A program made the translations under genes and the position numbers. Below the pieces are notes generated by a model. It ran no database searches, was not told the DNA's origin, and saw only the letters and a list, made by a program, of their open reading frames with translations. This document shows, piece by piece, positions 9,432 through 20,147 of a DNA stretch of 64,000 nucleotides. Source of the DNA: an uncultured Chlamydiae bacterium (GTDB lineage: Bacteria > Chlamydiota > Chlamydiia > Chlamydiales > Parachlamydiaceae); assembly GCA_963830365.1 (NCBI GenBank), contig CAWHMU010000021.1, positions 1-64,000 of the forward strand. The letters are read 5' to 3'. Within the stretch, counting starts at the first letter, position 1; each line of letters starts with the position of its first letter.

Positions 9432-10133
9432 GATTCATCACGCAAATGAGTGCCTCATTAACAAAACCCTAAAAGCAAGCTCCATTTCCCTTCTCTGTGC
9501 CTCTGTGTCTCGGTGGCAAAGCTTTTCGTAACACACTGATTGATAATACTATACCACCAGCAAACCGATTTCACCACAGAGTCACAGAGAGTGTCGGGAA
9601 AACCTCATGGGAACTCTCATTTACATCATGAGCAAGTTTTGACTTGTGTATTCTCGATTTGATTGGTATGGAGCAACAGTAAGTCAGTCGTGTAAATTAA
9701 TTTTCACCTCAAGAGGATTAATAAATGTCTTTTCTGGCTCATAGCGCAAATGAGTACCTGACCGAGGAGAACGGAGAAAAGGACCTAGTTTAGACTAGTT
9801 GAAAAAGAGAAGCAGACAATTTATTAAGGCTCATCACGCAAATGAGTACCCATGAGGTTTTCCCGACCTTCTCTGTGACTCTGTGCCTCTGTGGTGAAAT
9901 CTGCTTGCTGGATGTATAGTATTATCAATCGGAGTGTTACGGAAAGCTTCACCACCGAGACACAGAGGCACAGAGAAGAAAAATGGAGATTGCTCTTAGG
10001 GTTTTGTTAATTAGGTACTCATTTGCGTGATGAACCTCTTTTCTCATTTTTCAACCATTTCAAACTATACCACCCACGGCATAAACCATTTTTCCCATTC
10101 ACCTAAGGCTGGTACTCGTTTGCGTGATGAGCC
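9432..10133. mobile_element. Cluster of family-A MITEs (9432-9632, 9828-10036 inverted, outer ends 9736 and 10133)
   Basis: Repeated ends GG(C/T)TCATCACGCAAATGAGTACC; 9736-10036 is flanked by TCTTTTCT on both sides. Confidence 0.75.
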
Positions 10134-10279
10134 TTATTTATTCCGACAACATTTATTAGCGAATATTGACATGACCTTTTAATATAATCTCAAAGGCTGG
10201 TATAACCCAAAAAAAATAGAACTTCACGAGAACTCATAATAATGGTTTGTGACTGGCCGCAAACGAATACCATGATTTT

Positions 10280-11350
10280 TTAGACCACACAGGCGTGTAT
10301 TTTCAACTCGGCCATAACTTTTTTATGTTGTTCTTTATATGCTTTTTCCAGGCGCTCTTGTTTAATATCTTGCATGGCTTTTTTTGAAACCTCGCCGACA
10401 GCCTTGCGATACTGGTCTTCCATAGCCTTTTGAAATTGTTTGTCCATGATCCTCTTATAGATGAAGGTCGATCCGAGCGAGATGACAGATCCCAGCACCA
10501 TCAGCCCCAAGCCAAGCGGCGCCAAGGGGGTGAACAAGAGGACCAAACCGGCGACTAGCGAGATGACGCCGGCTACCAAACTAAGCGTGTGCGACCATTT
10601 CTTGGTGGTAAGGCGTTGGCTTAATGTCTGCATCGTTATTCTCAAGCTGCGCTTGCCTTCAGCCTGGTCTTTAAGATCGGCGGAAGCAATTTTTTGCTGG
10701 GCACAGGCTCCAATCACCATCAGGCGATGAGCAAGTTCCGTTTCATTTTTATAAAAATGATCTTTGATGAAATCTTGGTCTTTAACGCGGTGGTCAAGAA
10801 TGAGCTGCACTCCTTTTTGATAATCTGCAAAAGTATAGTCGTCATCTTTCTTTTCCAAGCCCGTGGCTTGCTTGAACTGGGTGGCCATGCGGCAGGTGTT
10901 CACCAGGCGTTTGACATTCAAGCTGACACCTATCACCTCAAAACCTGTACACACGATCCCTAAAGGTTTTATCCAAGCGATGGCCTTTTCTGTCACAGCG
11001 CCGGCGCCTTTAAGAAAACGGGCAAAACTTGACACCGAAGCGCCAACGTCTCCGATGTTTGAGGCAATCACAAAGGCGCTCTCGATTTTTCTGGGGGCTT
11101 TGGCATGCGCAAACTTTCCCGCCGTTTGCACAATATCTTTAATAGCAAATAAACCACCGATCACGGACAAGCATTCCAAGTGCTTGAAACACCCCCCGTC
11201 AGTTTTCATAACTTCTTTTACTAAAGCTTCTCCGCCAGTGGCAATGCCGGTGGCGTTTAAAACCAGCGGGGTATTTTCTTTGATGCCTGCTGCAATTTGC
11301 AGGACGGAATCCCAGCTTGGCGATGAAGAGATCATGTGGATACTGGTCAT
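10280..11350 (-). CDS. Inc-like putative secreted membrane protein, paralog 2
   Basis: 356 aa; shares HLxCL, AIAWxxPLGI, AHRLMxI and KKWSxTLSL motifs with 8207..9322. Confidence 0.7.
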   Translation of the reverse strand: MTSIHMISSSPSWDSVLQIAAGIKENTPLVLNATGIATGGEALVKEVMKTDGGCFKHLECLSVIGGLFAIKDIVQTAGKFAHAKAPRKIESAFVIASNIGDVGASVSSFARFLKGAGAVTEKAIAWIKPLGIVCTGFEVIGVSLNVKRLVNTCRMATQFKQATGLEKKDDDYTFADYQKGVQLILDHRVKDQDFIKDHFYKNETELAHRLMVIGACAQQKIASADLKDQAEGKRSLRITMQTLSQRLTTKKWSHTLSLVAGVISLVAGLVLLFTPLAPLGLGLMVLGSVISLGSTFIYKRIMDKQFQKAMEDQYRKAVGEVSKKAMQDIKQERLEKAYKEQHKKVMAELKIHACVV

Positions 11351-12159
11351 TGTAACACCTTTATAATGACTCTGCAGACGGCAAAGGCGTTGATTAACAA
11401 ATTGAGAACGTGGGACCGTTGTTTGGAGCAGATGCGCTGACCAAGAGCTTCCATCTGCGTTTTTAAATAGCGCTTGCCTTCGGCTTGCACTTTGGGATCG
11501 GTAGAATCCAATTGCTGGCCGGCTGTTGACTCAATCACCATTAAGCTATGGGCGAATTCAACACCCTCGTGCTTGAAATGCTCATTGATGAAATCTGGAT
11601 CTTTAACCTGTTGATCAAAAATCAGCTGGATGCCGTTTCGATAATCTTGCAACGTGTAGTCGTCTACGTTTTTTTCAAAAGCAGCGGCTTGCTTAAACTG
11701 GTTAAAGCACCCATACGTCTTCGCTAGATTGCTAACAGCCAAACCCAAACCTATCACCTTGGCAGCCGAACTTGCGACATCCAACGATTTTGTCCATGTG
11801 ATGCTTTTAGAGGTCAATGCGCCAAGTTCGCTGAGATAGCAAGCAAAGCCTGAAACCGATTCGCCCACGCTGCCGCTTTGGGTAGCGATGACAAAGACAT
11901 TCTCTATTTTTTTGGAAATCGGGGCCTCAGCGGTTTTTTCAAGCGTCTGAAAGAGGGATTTGATAGTAGAAATGCCACTATAAATAGTTAAACATCCCAA
12001 ATGCTTCACATTATCTGAAATTTTTTGGAGGCAGCTTTCCCCATAAGCGGTAATACCGGTGGCTGATAAACCTGCCGAGACCTTGTCTTTCACACCGCTG
12101 GTGATTTGCATCACTGTATCCCAGCTGACTGACTGAGAAATACTGCCGATACCTATCAT
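11347..12159 (-). CDS. Paralog 3 of the same family, truncated before the hydrophobic hairpin
   Basis: Shared motifs (DDYTLQDY, AHSLMVI); ends RSHVLNLLINAFAVCRVIIKVLQ overlapping the next start (ATGA); GAGGGG RBS. Confidence 0.65.
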   Translation of the reverse strand: MIGIGSISQSVSWDTVMQITSGVKDKVSAGLSATGITAYGESCLQKISDNVKHLGCLTIYSGISTIKSLFQTLEKTAEAPISKKIENVFVIATQSGSVGESVSGFACYLSELGALTSKSITWTKSLDVASSAAKVIGLGLAVSNLAKTYGCFNQFKQAAAFEKNVDDYTLQDYRNGIQLIFDQQVKDPDFINEHFKHEGVEFAHSLMVIESTAGQQLDSTDPKVQAEGKRYLKTQMEALGQRICSKQRSHVLNLLINAFAVCRVIIKVLQ

Positions 12160-12211
12160 TAGACCCCTCATCTTAATAGATTCCATAAGCTAATTAACTG
12201 TAGTAAATAAA

Positions 12212-12248
12212 ATTATAACTTAATAGTATTAAGATTGCATAAATATAC
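12212..12248 (-). promoter_or_regulatory. Candidate promoter TATATTT-ATGCAA-17nt-TATAAT
   Basis: Matches 9378-9414. Confidence 0.6.
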
Positions 12249-12304
12249 TGTTTTTGCTGTTAGATTGCTATCTCATTATTGATTTATCATATAAATAAGT
12301 ATTG

Positions 12305-12512
12305 ATTCATCACATAAATAAGTGCTTAATTAACAAAACTCTAAGCGCAAACTCCATTTCCCTTCTCTGTGCCACTATGTCTCGGTGGTGAAGTTTTAGG
12401 TAACATATTGATTAATAATACTATACCACCAGCAAGCAGATTTTATCACAAGGCACAAAGTTACAGAGAGGGGCGGGGAAATTTCATGGATTCTCATTTG
12501 TGGGATAAAGCC
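12305..12512. repeat. Degenerate family-A MITE copy
   Basis: Aligns with 9432-9632 (AACAAAAC.CTAA...CTCCATTTCCCTTCTCTGTG...ATACCACCAGCAA). Confidence 0.7.
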
Positions 12513-12677
12513 TTACTTTTGGTTCATACGATTATACCACCTTGCCTGTCGCCAGGCGGAATAAAATTGAAGAGCAAAGCCATTGCGATCGGAGTCGAAC
12601 CAATTTCTCCCTTTCATTTTGGCCTTCACTGTGTTAAAATTTAGCCAATTTTCACCTATGAACTAAGGAATCTTCCC

Positions 12678-15533
12678 ATGCCAGAACTCCCCATCCCCAT
12701 CGAACTCCCGAAAGCATACGATGCTAAAATTGTGGATGCGAAATGGTATGAATTCTGGGAAAATCAGGGCTTCTTCAAAGCCGATCCCGCCTCAAAAAAA
12801 CCACCCTATTGCATCGTCATGCCGCCGCCGAATGTCACCGGCGCACTGCATATGGGACATGCCCTAGTCAGCACTTTGCAGGACGTACTGATCCGCTGGA
12901 AACGCATGAGCGGTTTTGAAGCCCTCTGGATCCCCGGCACCGACCATGCCGGCATCGCCACCCAGACCGTCGTCGAGCGCCACCTGATGCGCACACTGGG
13001 AAAAAAGCGCAAAGACTTCCCCCGCGAAGAATTTTTGGCCCATGTTTGGCAGTGGAAAGAGGAAAAACAAAGCAACATCTTAAATCAGCTAAGACGCGTC
13101 GGCAGCTCATGCGACTGGTCGCGCCTGCGCTTCACCATGGATGACGGCAATAATAAAGCCGTGCGTGTGATGTTCAAAAAAATGTATGACGCCGGACTGA
13201 TCTACCGCGGCGACTACCTCGTCAACTGGGATCCTGTCACACAAACGGCCCTGGCTGATGACGAAGTAGAATATGAAGAGCGCCAGTCGTTCCTCTGGCA
13301 TTTCAAATACCCCCTAAAGGACGGATCAGGCTTCATCAGCATCGCCACCACGCGGCCTGAAACGATGCTTGGCGACACCGCCATCGCCGTCTCCCCCAAA
13401 GACACCCGCTACACACATTTGATCGGCAAGACGGTCATCCTGCCGCTGATGGAAAGGGAAATCCCCATCATCGCCGACCACCATGTAGACCCCGAATTCG
13501 GCACCGGCATGGTCAAGGTGACCCCGGCCCATGATCCCAACGACTACCAGATGGGACTTGCCCATAACTTGCCTTTCATCAACATCATGACCCCCGATGC
13601 TAGGATCAATGCCAATGGCGCAAGCTTCCAGGGACTTTCCATGGAAGAAGCCAGAAAAGCCGTCGTGGATGCCATGCAGAAGCTTGGCTTGCTAGTAAAA
13701 ACCGAACCCCACCTCAACCGCGTCGGCATCTCATACCGTTCAAAAGCCATCATCGAACCATATATGTCCAAACAATGGTTCATCCGCATGCAGGGCTTCG
13801 CCGACAAATTGCGCGCCGCCGTCCAGACAGGCAAAACGCAGCTGATCCCAAAAAACTGGGAAAACACCTATTATCACTGGATCGACAACCTGCGCGACTG
13901 GTGCATCAGCCGCCAACTGTGGTGGGGACATCGCATCCCCATCTGGTACCGCTGCGACGACCCCTCCCAAATGCTCTGCCATGACGGCGAAGGCATGCCT
14001 CCCGAAGTCGCAAAAGAGCCTGAGGCATGGGTGCAGGACGAGGATGTACTTGACACATGGTTCTCCTCGGCACTTTGGCCCTTCTCCACCCTGGGATGGC
14101 CTGAAAAGACCCCCGAACTGGCCCGCTTCTATCCCAATGCCGTGCTGGTGACCGGCCATGACATCCTGTTCTTCTGGGTGGCGCGCATGATCGCCATGGG
14201 AGAATATGCCATGGGCACAGTCCCCTTCCCCGATGTATTCCTAAATGGGCTGATCTATGGAAAGTCCTATTGGCGCTCGCAGCCGGGCGGCGGCATCGCC
14301 TATCTAAACGACCAGGAACGCAATGAATATGAGCTTGGCAAGCCCACCCCCAAAGACGTGCATTTCAAGTGGGAGAAGATGTCCAAAACCAAAGGTAATA
14401 TCATCGATCCGCTTGAAATTATCGATGACTTTGGCACCGACGCCCTGCGCATGGCCCTCTGCGCCAGCGCCACCCAAGCCCGCGAAATCGATCTGGAACG
14501 GCGCCGCTTTGAAGATTTTAAGAATTTCGCCAATAAGATATGGAATGGCGCCCGCTTTGTCTTCATGAATCTGGACGGCGACGCCCCCTTGACCTCAATG
14601 GAATTGGCACAAGGCCTCGATGAATCTTTGCTCGGTCTTGAAGACCGCTGGATCCTTTCGAAACTGAATCACACCGTCCAAAGCGTCAACGGCAAGCTCG
14701 GCCAGTACCTCTTCGACCAGGCGGCTTTGGAAGCCTACGATTTCTTCTGGAAGGAATTCTGCGCCTACTACCTTGAGATTGCCAAGCCCATCCTGTTTGG
14801 CAAAGTCGGCACGCCAGCCCAGCGCAAAAATAAACAGCGCCTACTGGTCATCATTCTCTGTCAGGCCATACGCCTGATCCATCCCATGGCGCCCTTCATC
14901 ACCGAAGAACTGTTCCAACTGCTGAAAGAGCGCTTCAGCCATCTTAAGGCCCTGCCAAATATAGACCCCTATACCGCCGAGGCCATGGCCGCCCTGCACG
15001 CCCCTGCCTGCCTGGTGGCAGCCTATCCGCAGGTCGTGCGCGCAGGCGACCTCAATCCGGCCATTGAACAAAGCTTCGACCTCATCGAAAAAGTCGTCTA
15101 CACCATCCGCAATATCCGCGGCGAAATGAAGCTTGCCCCAAATATAGCCACAGATGTGCATATCACAGGCTCTCCCCAAGATCCCCACTTCTGCATGGTC
15201 AAAGAGCACCGCCATATCATCGGCGCTCTCGTCAGGACCAATGCCGTCGAGATGCACCACACGGAACCTGAGCTCGGCTTTGCCAGCACCGGCATGCTCA
15301 ACAGCCTAAAAATCGCCATTCCCCTACCCGAAGAGCTGCTAAAGCAGGAAAAAGTGCGTCTGGCAAAAGAAAAAGAACGCCTGGCAGGCGCCATCGAAAA
15401 ATCCCGCATCCAGCTTGCCAACCAGGAATTCATCGCCAACGCCCCTGCCCAACTCGTCGAAAAACAGCAAAACCAGCTGCTACAGGCCGAACGCGAATGG
15501 CAAGAGATATCCGACAAGCTCAAGCTGCTCTAA
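12678..15533 (+). CDS. valS: Valine--tRNA ligase
   Basis: PPPNVTGALHMGHA, DWCISRQLWWGH, KMSKT motifs; C-terminal coiled coil. Confidence 0.98.
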   Translation: MPELPIPIELPKAYDAKIVDAKWYEFWENQGFFKADPASKKPPYCIVMPPPNVTGALHMGHALVSTLQDVLIRWKRMSGFEALWIPGTDHAGIATQTVVERHLMRTLGKKRKDFPREEFLAHVWQWKEEKQSNILNQLRRVGSSCDWSRLRFTMDDGNNKAVRVMFKKMYDAGLIYRGDYLVNWDPVTQTALADDEVEYEERQSFLWHFKYPLKDGSGFISIATTRPETMLGDTAIAVSPKDTRYTHLIGKTVILPLMEREIPIIADHHVDPEFGTGMVKVTPAHDPNDYQMGLAHNLPFINIMTPDARINANGASFQGLSMEEARKAVVDAMQKLGLLVKTEPHLNRVGISYRSKAIIEPYMSKQWFIRMQGFADKLRAAVQTGKTQLIPKNWENTYYHWIDNLRDWCISRQLWWGHRIPIWYRCDDPSQMLCHDGEGMPPEVAKEPEAWVQDEDVLDTWFSSALWPFSTLGWPEKTPELARFYPNAVLVTGHDILFFWVARMIAMGEYAMGTVPFPDVFLNGLIYGKSYWRSQPGGGIAYLNDQERNEYELGKPTPKDVHFKWEKMSKTKGNIIDPLEIIDDFGTDALRMALCASATQAREIDLERRRFEDFKNFANKIWNGARFVFMNLDGDAPLTSMELAQGLDESLLGLEDRWILSKLNHTVQSVNGKLGQYLFDQAALEAYDFFWKEFCAYYLEIAKPILFGKVGTPAQRKNKQRLLVIILCQAIRLIHPMAPFITEELFQLLKERFSHLKALPNIDPYTAEAMAALHAPACLVAAYPQVVRAGDLNPAIEQSFDLIEKVVYTIRNIRGEMKLAPNIATDVHITGSPQDPHFCMVKEHRHIIGALVRTNAVEMHHTEPELGFASTGMLNSLKIAIPLPEELLKQEKVRLAKEKERLAGAIEKSRIQLANQEFIANAPAQLVEKQQNQLLQAEREWQEISDKLKLL

Positions 15534-15824
15534 TAAGCGTTACAAAATGCACCACAGAGACACAGAGAAGAAGGAAAAGGCCACAGTCTTAGATAGAGCC
15601 CCATAGTGCCACATGAAGCCCATTGGAAACCGATAATAATTACAAAATATGCATGATCGCAAACGGCAGGATAGGCAGGCATATGCCATCTATATATTTA
15701 TATCCATCCTTATACTTGTTGCTCATTTCCCTCTATGTCTCGGTGTCTCGATGCCTCTGTGGTTGAAAATCATACAACCACAGAGGCTATAAAGGGGGAA
15801 TTCGGCAAGCAAACCTGCAGGCGC

Positions 15825-18134
15825 TTAACTATCGCTTTTAGGATTATCTTCGCCGACCGACGGTTTGGTAGACAATGTCTCGATGAACATGTCATCCAGC
15901 ATGATCTCGGCCGCCACATTCTCTTCAGGCTGCGCATCACTATCAGATCCTTCAACCGGCATGCCTGGGAGCTCACTTGCTGCCGGCTGTGCCGACAGCA
16001 TCTCGATGAACGTGTCATCCAACATGATCTCGGCCGCTACATCCTCTTCAGGCTGCGCATCACTATCAGAACTTTCAACCGGCATGCCTGGGAGCTCATT
16101 TGCTGCCGGCTGTGCCGATAGCGTCTCGATGAACATGTCATCCAGCATGATCTCGGCCGCCACATCCTCTTCAGGTTGCGCACCACTATCAGAACTTTCA
16201 ACCGGCATGCCTGGGAGCTCATTTGCTGCCGGCTGTGCCGACAGCATCTCGATGAACGTGTCATCCAGCATGATCTCGGCCGCCACATCTTCTTCCACCT
16301 GTGCATCACTATCAGAGCCTTCAACCGGCATGCCAGGGAGCTCACTTGCTGCCGGCTGTGCCGATAGCGTCTCGATGAACATGTCATCCAGCATGATCTC
16401 GGCCGCTACATTCTCTTCAGGCTGCGCATCACTATCAGAACTTTCAACCGGCATGCCTGGGAACTCATTTGCTGCCGGCTGTGCCGATAGCGTCTCGATG
16501 AACATGTCATCCAGCATGATCTCGGCCGCCACATCCTCTTCAGGTTGCGCACCACTATCAGAACTTTCAACCGGCATGCCTGGGAGCTCATTTGCTGCCG
16601 GCTGTGCCGACAGCATCTCGATGAACGTGTCATCCAGCATGATCTCGGCCACCACATCCTCTTCAGGTTGCGCACCACTATCAGAACTTTCAACCGGCAT
16701 GCCTGGGAGCTCACTTGCTGCCGGCGCGATTTTGACATCTGCATTATCGGTGGTGCCACAGACAAACCCTCCGCCACTGCCGGCAGCAAAACTTGACAAA
16801 AGATCGCTTGGCGCTACCGCGGGGTAAATATCTATCGACAGTGTCGCAGTGGCACTTGGCCCGCCATTATTGCTGACAGTCTGGCCGGTGAAAATTTGCC
16901 CGGTAGATGTCCCTGCCGAATTGGTTACTGTGAGAGTCACACTATAAGTCCCTTCCATCTCATAGGTATGGTCGGTTAAGGGCGATGCCGTGATTTCGAT
17001 GGGACTGCCGTCGCCGAAATCCCAGACGTAATTGCTGATAGTGATATCTTCAGGGGAGTTCTCCGAGGCAAATGAGGCTGAGGCATCAAATAATGCCGGC
17101 GAATTCGCCGTAGAAGCTTCGACAGTAAAAACTGCCGTGGGTGCCTGATCCGGTGTAATAGCAATCCCCCCCAGGTTATGTCCGGCTTTGATCAGGCCAA
17201 TATAACTATCAGTCGACACATCGATAACGGCCACGCCCTGCTGATGGCAGGCAGCATAGGCCAGCAGCCCATCAGGGCTAAAGAAAACACTTCTTGGTCC
17301 GCCAGGAAGTTCGATGGTGGAAGAAACAGCATGCGTAGACAATGAAACAACACTGATGTCTTTTCCCCATTCATTGGCTACATAGGCTTTGGTGCCATCT
17401 GGAGCAATGGCAACGGCGGCAGGCATAAATCCCACCCTGAACTCGGCAATGATGGCATCGGTTGCCAAATTGATCACGCTTAAGCTGCCGCGCCCGACAT
17501 TATGTTCGTCTCTATTGAGCACATAGGCTGATAAGCCATCGGGCGAGATGGCAATATCGCAAGGCCAATCTTCCACCGTGATATTATTCAACACCGTATA
17601 GGTCGTCAGATCGATAACACTGACCTTTCTTTTCAATTTGTTCGTCACATAGGCACGCAAACCATTGGGTGAAATGCCCACACTTAGGGGACAAGTAAAA
17701 GGAAATGACGGATCTGAAGGAATGGTATAGATAACGGTATCTGTATCTGTATCGATGATACTGATGTCATTGGAGTCCCTGTTGGCGACATAAACCTTGG
17801 TGCCATCAGGTGTAATGGCAATGCCCTGCGGACGGCTGCCGGCTGGAATACTTGCTACGACGCTATTGGTGGCAAGATCGATGGCGCTGACGCTATCAGA
17901 GTCGCGATTGGTGACGTAGGCTTTGCTGCGGTCCGGCATAATGGCAATCCCTACCGGCCCATTTTCCACCTCTATTGGAAAATCGGCATTAAAGCCGGTA
18001 TCAGCGTCGATAGCAATGACAGCATTTGATGCTGGATTTGTTGCATAGGCCACCCAATCCAACGCACACACGCCATTTCCGCAGAGCAAAAACATGCCCT
18101 GTACAGCAAAGATAAGTTTCCGCAGTTTCATCAT
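15825..18134 (-). CDS. Secreted YVTN beta-propeller + PKD domain protein with acidic tandem-repeat tail
   Basis: Signal peptide; AYVTN/VYVAN repeats; YVWDFGDG PKD motif; 7 x 41-aa repeats. Confidence 0.85.
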   Translation of the reverse strand: MMKLRKLIFAVQGMFLLCGNGVCALDWVAYATNPASNAVIAIDADTGFNADFPIEVENGPVGIAIMPDRSKAYVTNRDSDSVSAIDLATNSVVASIPAGSRPQGIAITPDGTKVYVANRDSNDISIIDTDTDTVIYTIPSDPSFPFTCPLSVGISPNGLRAYVTNKLKRKVSVIDLTTYTVLNNITVEDWPCDIAISPDGLSAYVLNRDEHNVGRGSLSVINLATDAIIAEFRVGFMPAAVAIAPDGTKAYVANEWGKDISVVSLSTHAVSSTIELPGGPRSVFFSPDGLLAYAACHQQGVAVIDVSTDSYIGLIKAGHNLGGIAITPDQAPTAVFTVEASTANSPALFDASASFASENSPEDITISNYVWDFGDGSPIEITASPLTDHTYEMEGTYSVTLTVTNSAGTSTGQIFTGQTVSNNGGPSATATLSIDIYPAVAPSDLLSSFAAGSGGGFVCGTTDNADVKIAPAASELPGMPVESSDSGAQPEEDVVAEIMLDDTFIEMLSAQPAANELPGMPVESSDSGAQPEEDVAAEIMLDDMFIETLSAQPAANEFPGMPVESSDSDAQPEENVAAEIMLDDMFIETLSAQPAASELPGMPVEGSDSDAQVEEDVAAEIMLDDTFIEMLSAQPAANELPGMPVESSDSGAQPEEDVAAEIMLDDMFIETLSAQPAANELPGMPVESSDSDAQPEEDVAAEIMLDDTFIEMLSAQPAASELPGMPVEGSDSDAQPEENVAAEIMLDDMFIETLSTKPSVGEDNPKSDS
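15865..16725. repeat. Coding tandem repeat, 7 x 123 bp
   Basis: Unit ELPGMPVESSDSGAQPEEDVAAEIMLDDMFIETLSAQPAAN. Confidence 0.9.
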
Positions 18135-18222
18135 ATCCTCTCAAAGTTAAAGATAAAAATGCGGTTGTAACTAAAAGAAAATATATAGACAAGCGATATG
18201 TATTAAATTTTAATTCACCCTG

Positions 18223-18849
18223 TCACACCTGTAACAGAACTTCAAGCGCCGCTTTGGTGGCCTTGACGTCCTGATGGCAAATGCCATGCAGTCCAAGATC
18301 TGTAGCCACCTCGATAAACAGCTGCCGGTCGTCGATGTAGGCTATCTGCTCTGGCGGCACATGCGCCATATCAATGGCCATGCGGAAGATTTGGCGGTCC
18401 GGCTTGCGTACGCCGACAAAACAGGACACCACAAAGAAATCGGCAATGCGCCCTAAATCAAAGCTGCGGATGCGATGCTCCGTCAGTTCCCGCCCTTCAT
18501 TACTCAAAATCACTACTTTCAGCCCATACGCCTCTTTCAGGCCGCGCACCATCGCCAGCATCTCCGGATGGGGCTGCGATTGGGCATACATAAAGTCTTT
18601 AAAATCCTTCAGCGAAAAAGCCCGCGGCTTAAAAAAAACGGTATAGCGCAAATAGTCATCCAAAGAGATTTTACCCACCTCATAATCGCCAAAAATCATC
18701 TGGTGGCGGATATCGAACTCTTTCTGGTCGAAACCGAAATCTGCCGCCGCCTTGATCCGGCTAATATGCCCCCAGCCATTGGTAAGCAAAACGCCCCCCA
18801 CATCGCAAAATAACGTCCGAATTTTGCTGTCTTCACTTGTGCTATTCAT
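18223..18849 (-). CDS. HAD family phosphatase
   Basis: FCDVGGVL, LSN, KPD and YIDD motifs. Confidence 0.9.
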   Translation of the reverse strand: MNSTSEDSKIRTLFCDVGGVLLTNGWGHISRIKAAADFGFDQKEFDIRHQMIFGDYEVGKISLDDYLRYTVFFKPRAFSLKDFKDFMYAQSQPHPEMLAMVRGLKEAYGLKVVILSNEGRELTEHRIRSFDLGRIADFFVVSCFVGVRKPDRQIFRMAIDMAHVPPEQIAYIDDRQLFIEVATDLGLHGICHQDVKATKAALEVLLQV

Positions 18850-19829
18850 CTCTCCACCTGTGTCTCAGCTTGACGGACCGCAAAAGCGGCCGCACCGACA
18901 ACACCGGCGTCAGCCTTTAACTGCGCCACCACAATCTGCAGATTCCGCGTCGCAGCTTTCAAGCTGTGCGCAAACACTCCCTTGGAAATAACTTCTATCA
19001 GCTCCAAATCGTTCAAAATGACCCCACCGCCCAAAATGACACGGGCCGGATTAAACGCATTGACAAGACCCGAAATGCCCGCCACTAAGGCTTCTTTCAG
19101 TTCTTCAATAACCTTTCTGGCCATTGGCAATCCCTGGCGATAGGCTTCAAACACATGCTTGGTAGTGATATCTTCAAGCTTGCCGCCGGCAAGTTCCAAC
19201 AGCTGCCGTCCGCCGCCGGCATCCACAGCCACAAGCTCCCTTGCGCGCCGCGCAATCGCCCATCCTCCAGCCAAGGCCTCAAAGCAGCCGCGATTGCCGC
19301 ACGTGCAGGCAGGCCCACGCATATCGATCGTGACATGTCCCACTTCACCGGCCGCATTGTCATTGCCTATCAGCATCCTGCCGCCGCTCACCACCCCGCC
19401 GCCGATGCCTGTGCCGACAAACAGACACAGTAGATCGTCACAGCCACGGCCCGCTCCATATAGCCATTCGCCCCAAGTGGCGGCCCGCACGTCGTTGGTC
19501 ACAAAGACCGGCATCTTCAACGCTTTACTGACCTCCGCCTGTAGAGGAAATTCCTGCCAGCCCAGATTCGGCGCGAAATGCACACTGCCTGTGACCTTGT
19601 CAATCTGACCCGCCATGCCGATGCCGACGCCAAAGACCTTGCCTGATGCATCCTGGCTGCGCAACCGCTTGATTGCCGCGACAATATCTTCAACCACCGC
19701 CTGCGGTCCGTCTTTAACGCGGGTTTTGATCAGCTCACGCCGCTGCACCTTGCCCGCCATATCGACCATGCCGATATCCGTCTTGGTGCCGCCCAGATCT
19801 ACGCCAAAAGTCCAGCCTGTCTTTGCCAT
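18846..19829 (-). CDS. ROK family sugar kinase (glucokinase-like)
   Basis: GVDLGGT, NDVRAAT, GTGIGGG, GEVGH and CTCGNRGCFE motifs. Confidence 0.9.
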   Translation of the reverse strand: MAKTGWTFGVDLGGTKTDIGMVDMAGKVQRRELIKTRVKDGPQAVVEDIVAAIKRLRSQDASGKVFGVGIGMAGQIDKVTGSVHFAPNLGWQEFPLQAEVSKALKMPVFVTNDVRAATWGEWLYGAGRGCDDLLCLFVGTGIGGGVVSGGRMLIGNDNAAGEVGHVTIDMRGPACTCGNRGCFEALAGGWAIARRARELVAVDAGGGRQLLELAGGKLEDITTKHVFEAYRQGLPMARKVIEELKEALVAGISGLVNAFNPARVILGGGVILNDLELIEVISKGVFAHSLKAATRNLQIVVAQLKADAGVVGAAAFAVRQAETQVER

Positions 19830-20147
19830 GATTTCACCTCTTTAATATTTGGCCATCGCTTTAACTTCTTCGTGTAAACGAAAGGGACCTAAATGACCTA
19901 AGGGACCTTAGGGACATTTAAGCGAAGTTAAACCAATAGCTTAAAAATTAATATATATGTAGCTTAGATAAAGAAATACAGGAAATTCTACACAAGGGGA
20001 GGATCAGTGTATTGATAGGCGTAGTCTAATAATTTAACCACCGAGACAAGGAGGCGCAGAGATAAAAATGGCCGCAATTCAACCTTGACAGCGTGCTTTC
20101 CTCTGGTTCTTTATGCCTCTGTGGTTATTTTTGGTTATTTTTACTTT

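Noticed and set aside
15865..16827. 320-aa plus-strand ORF and other ORFs over the 123-bp repeats; CRISPR-like appearance
   Set aside because: Antisense shadows of the coding repeat; units are contiguous with no unique spacers
19883..19915. GGGACCTAA 9-bp repeats; also CATGGTGATTTGG x2 at 62822-62847
   Set aside because: Too short and too few copies to support a function
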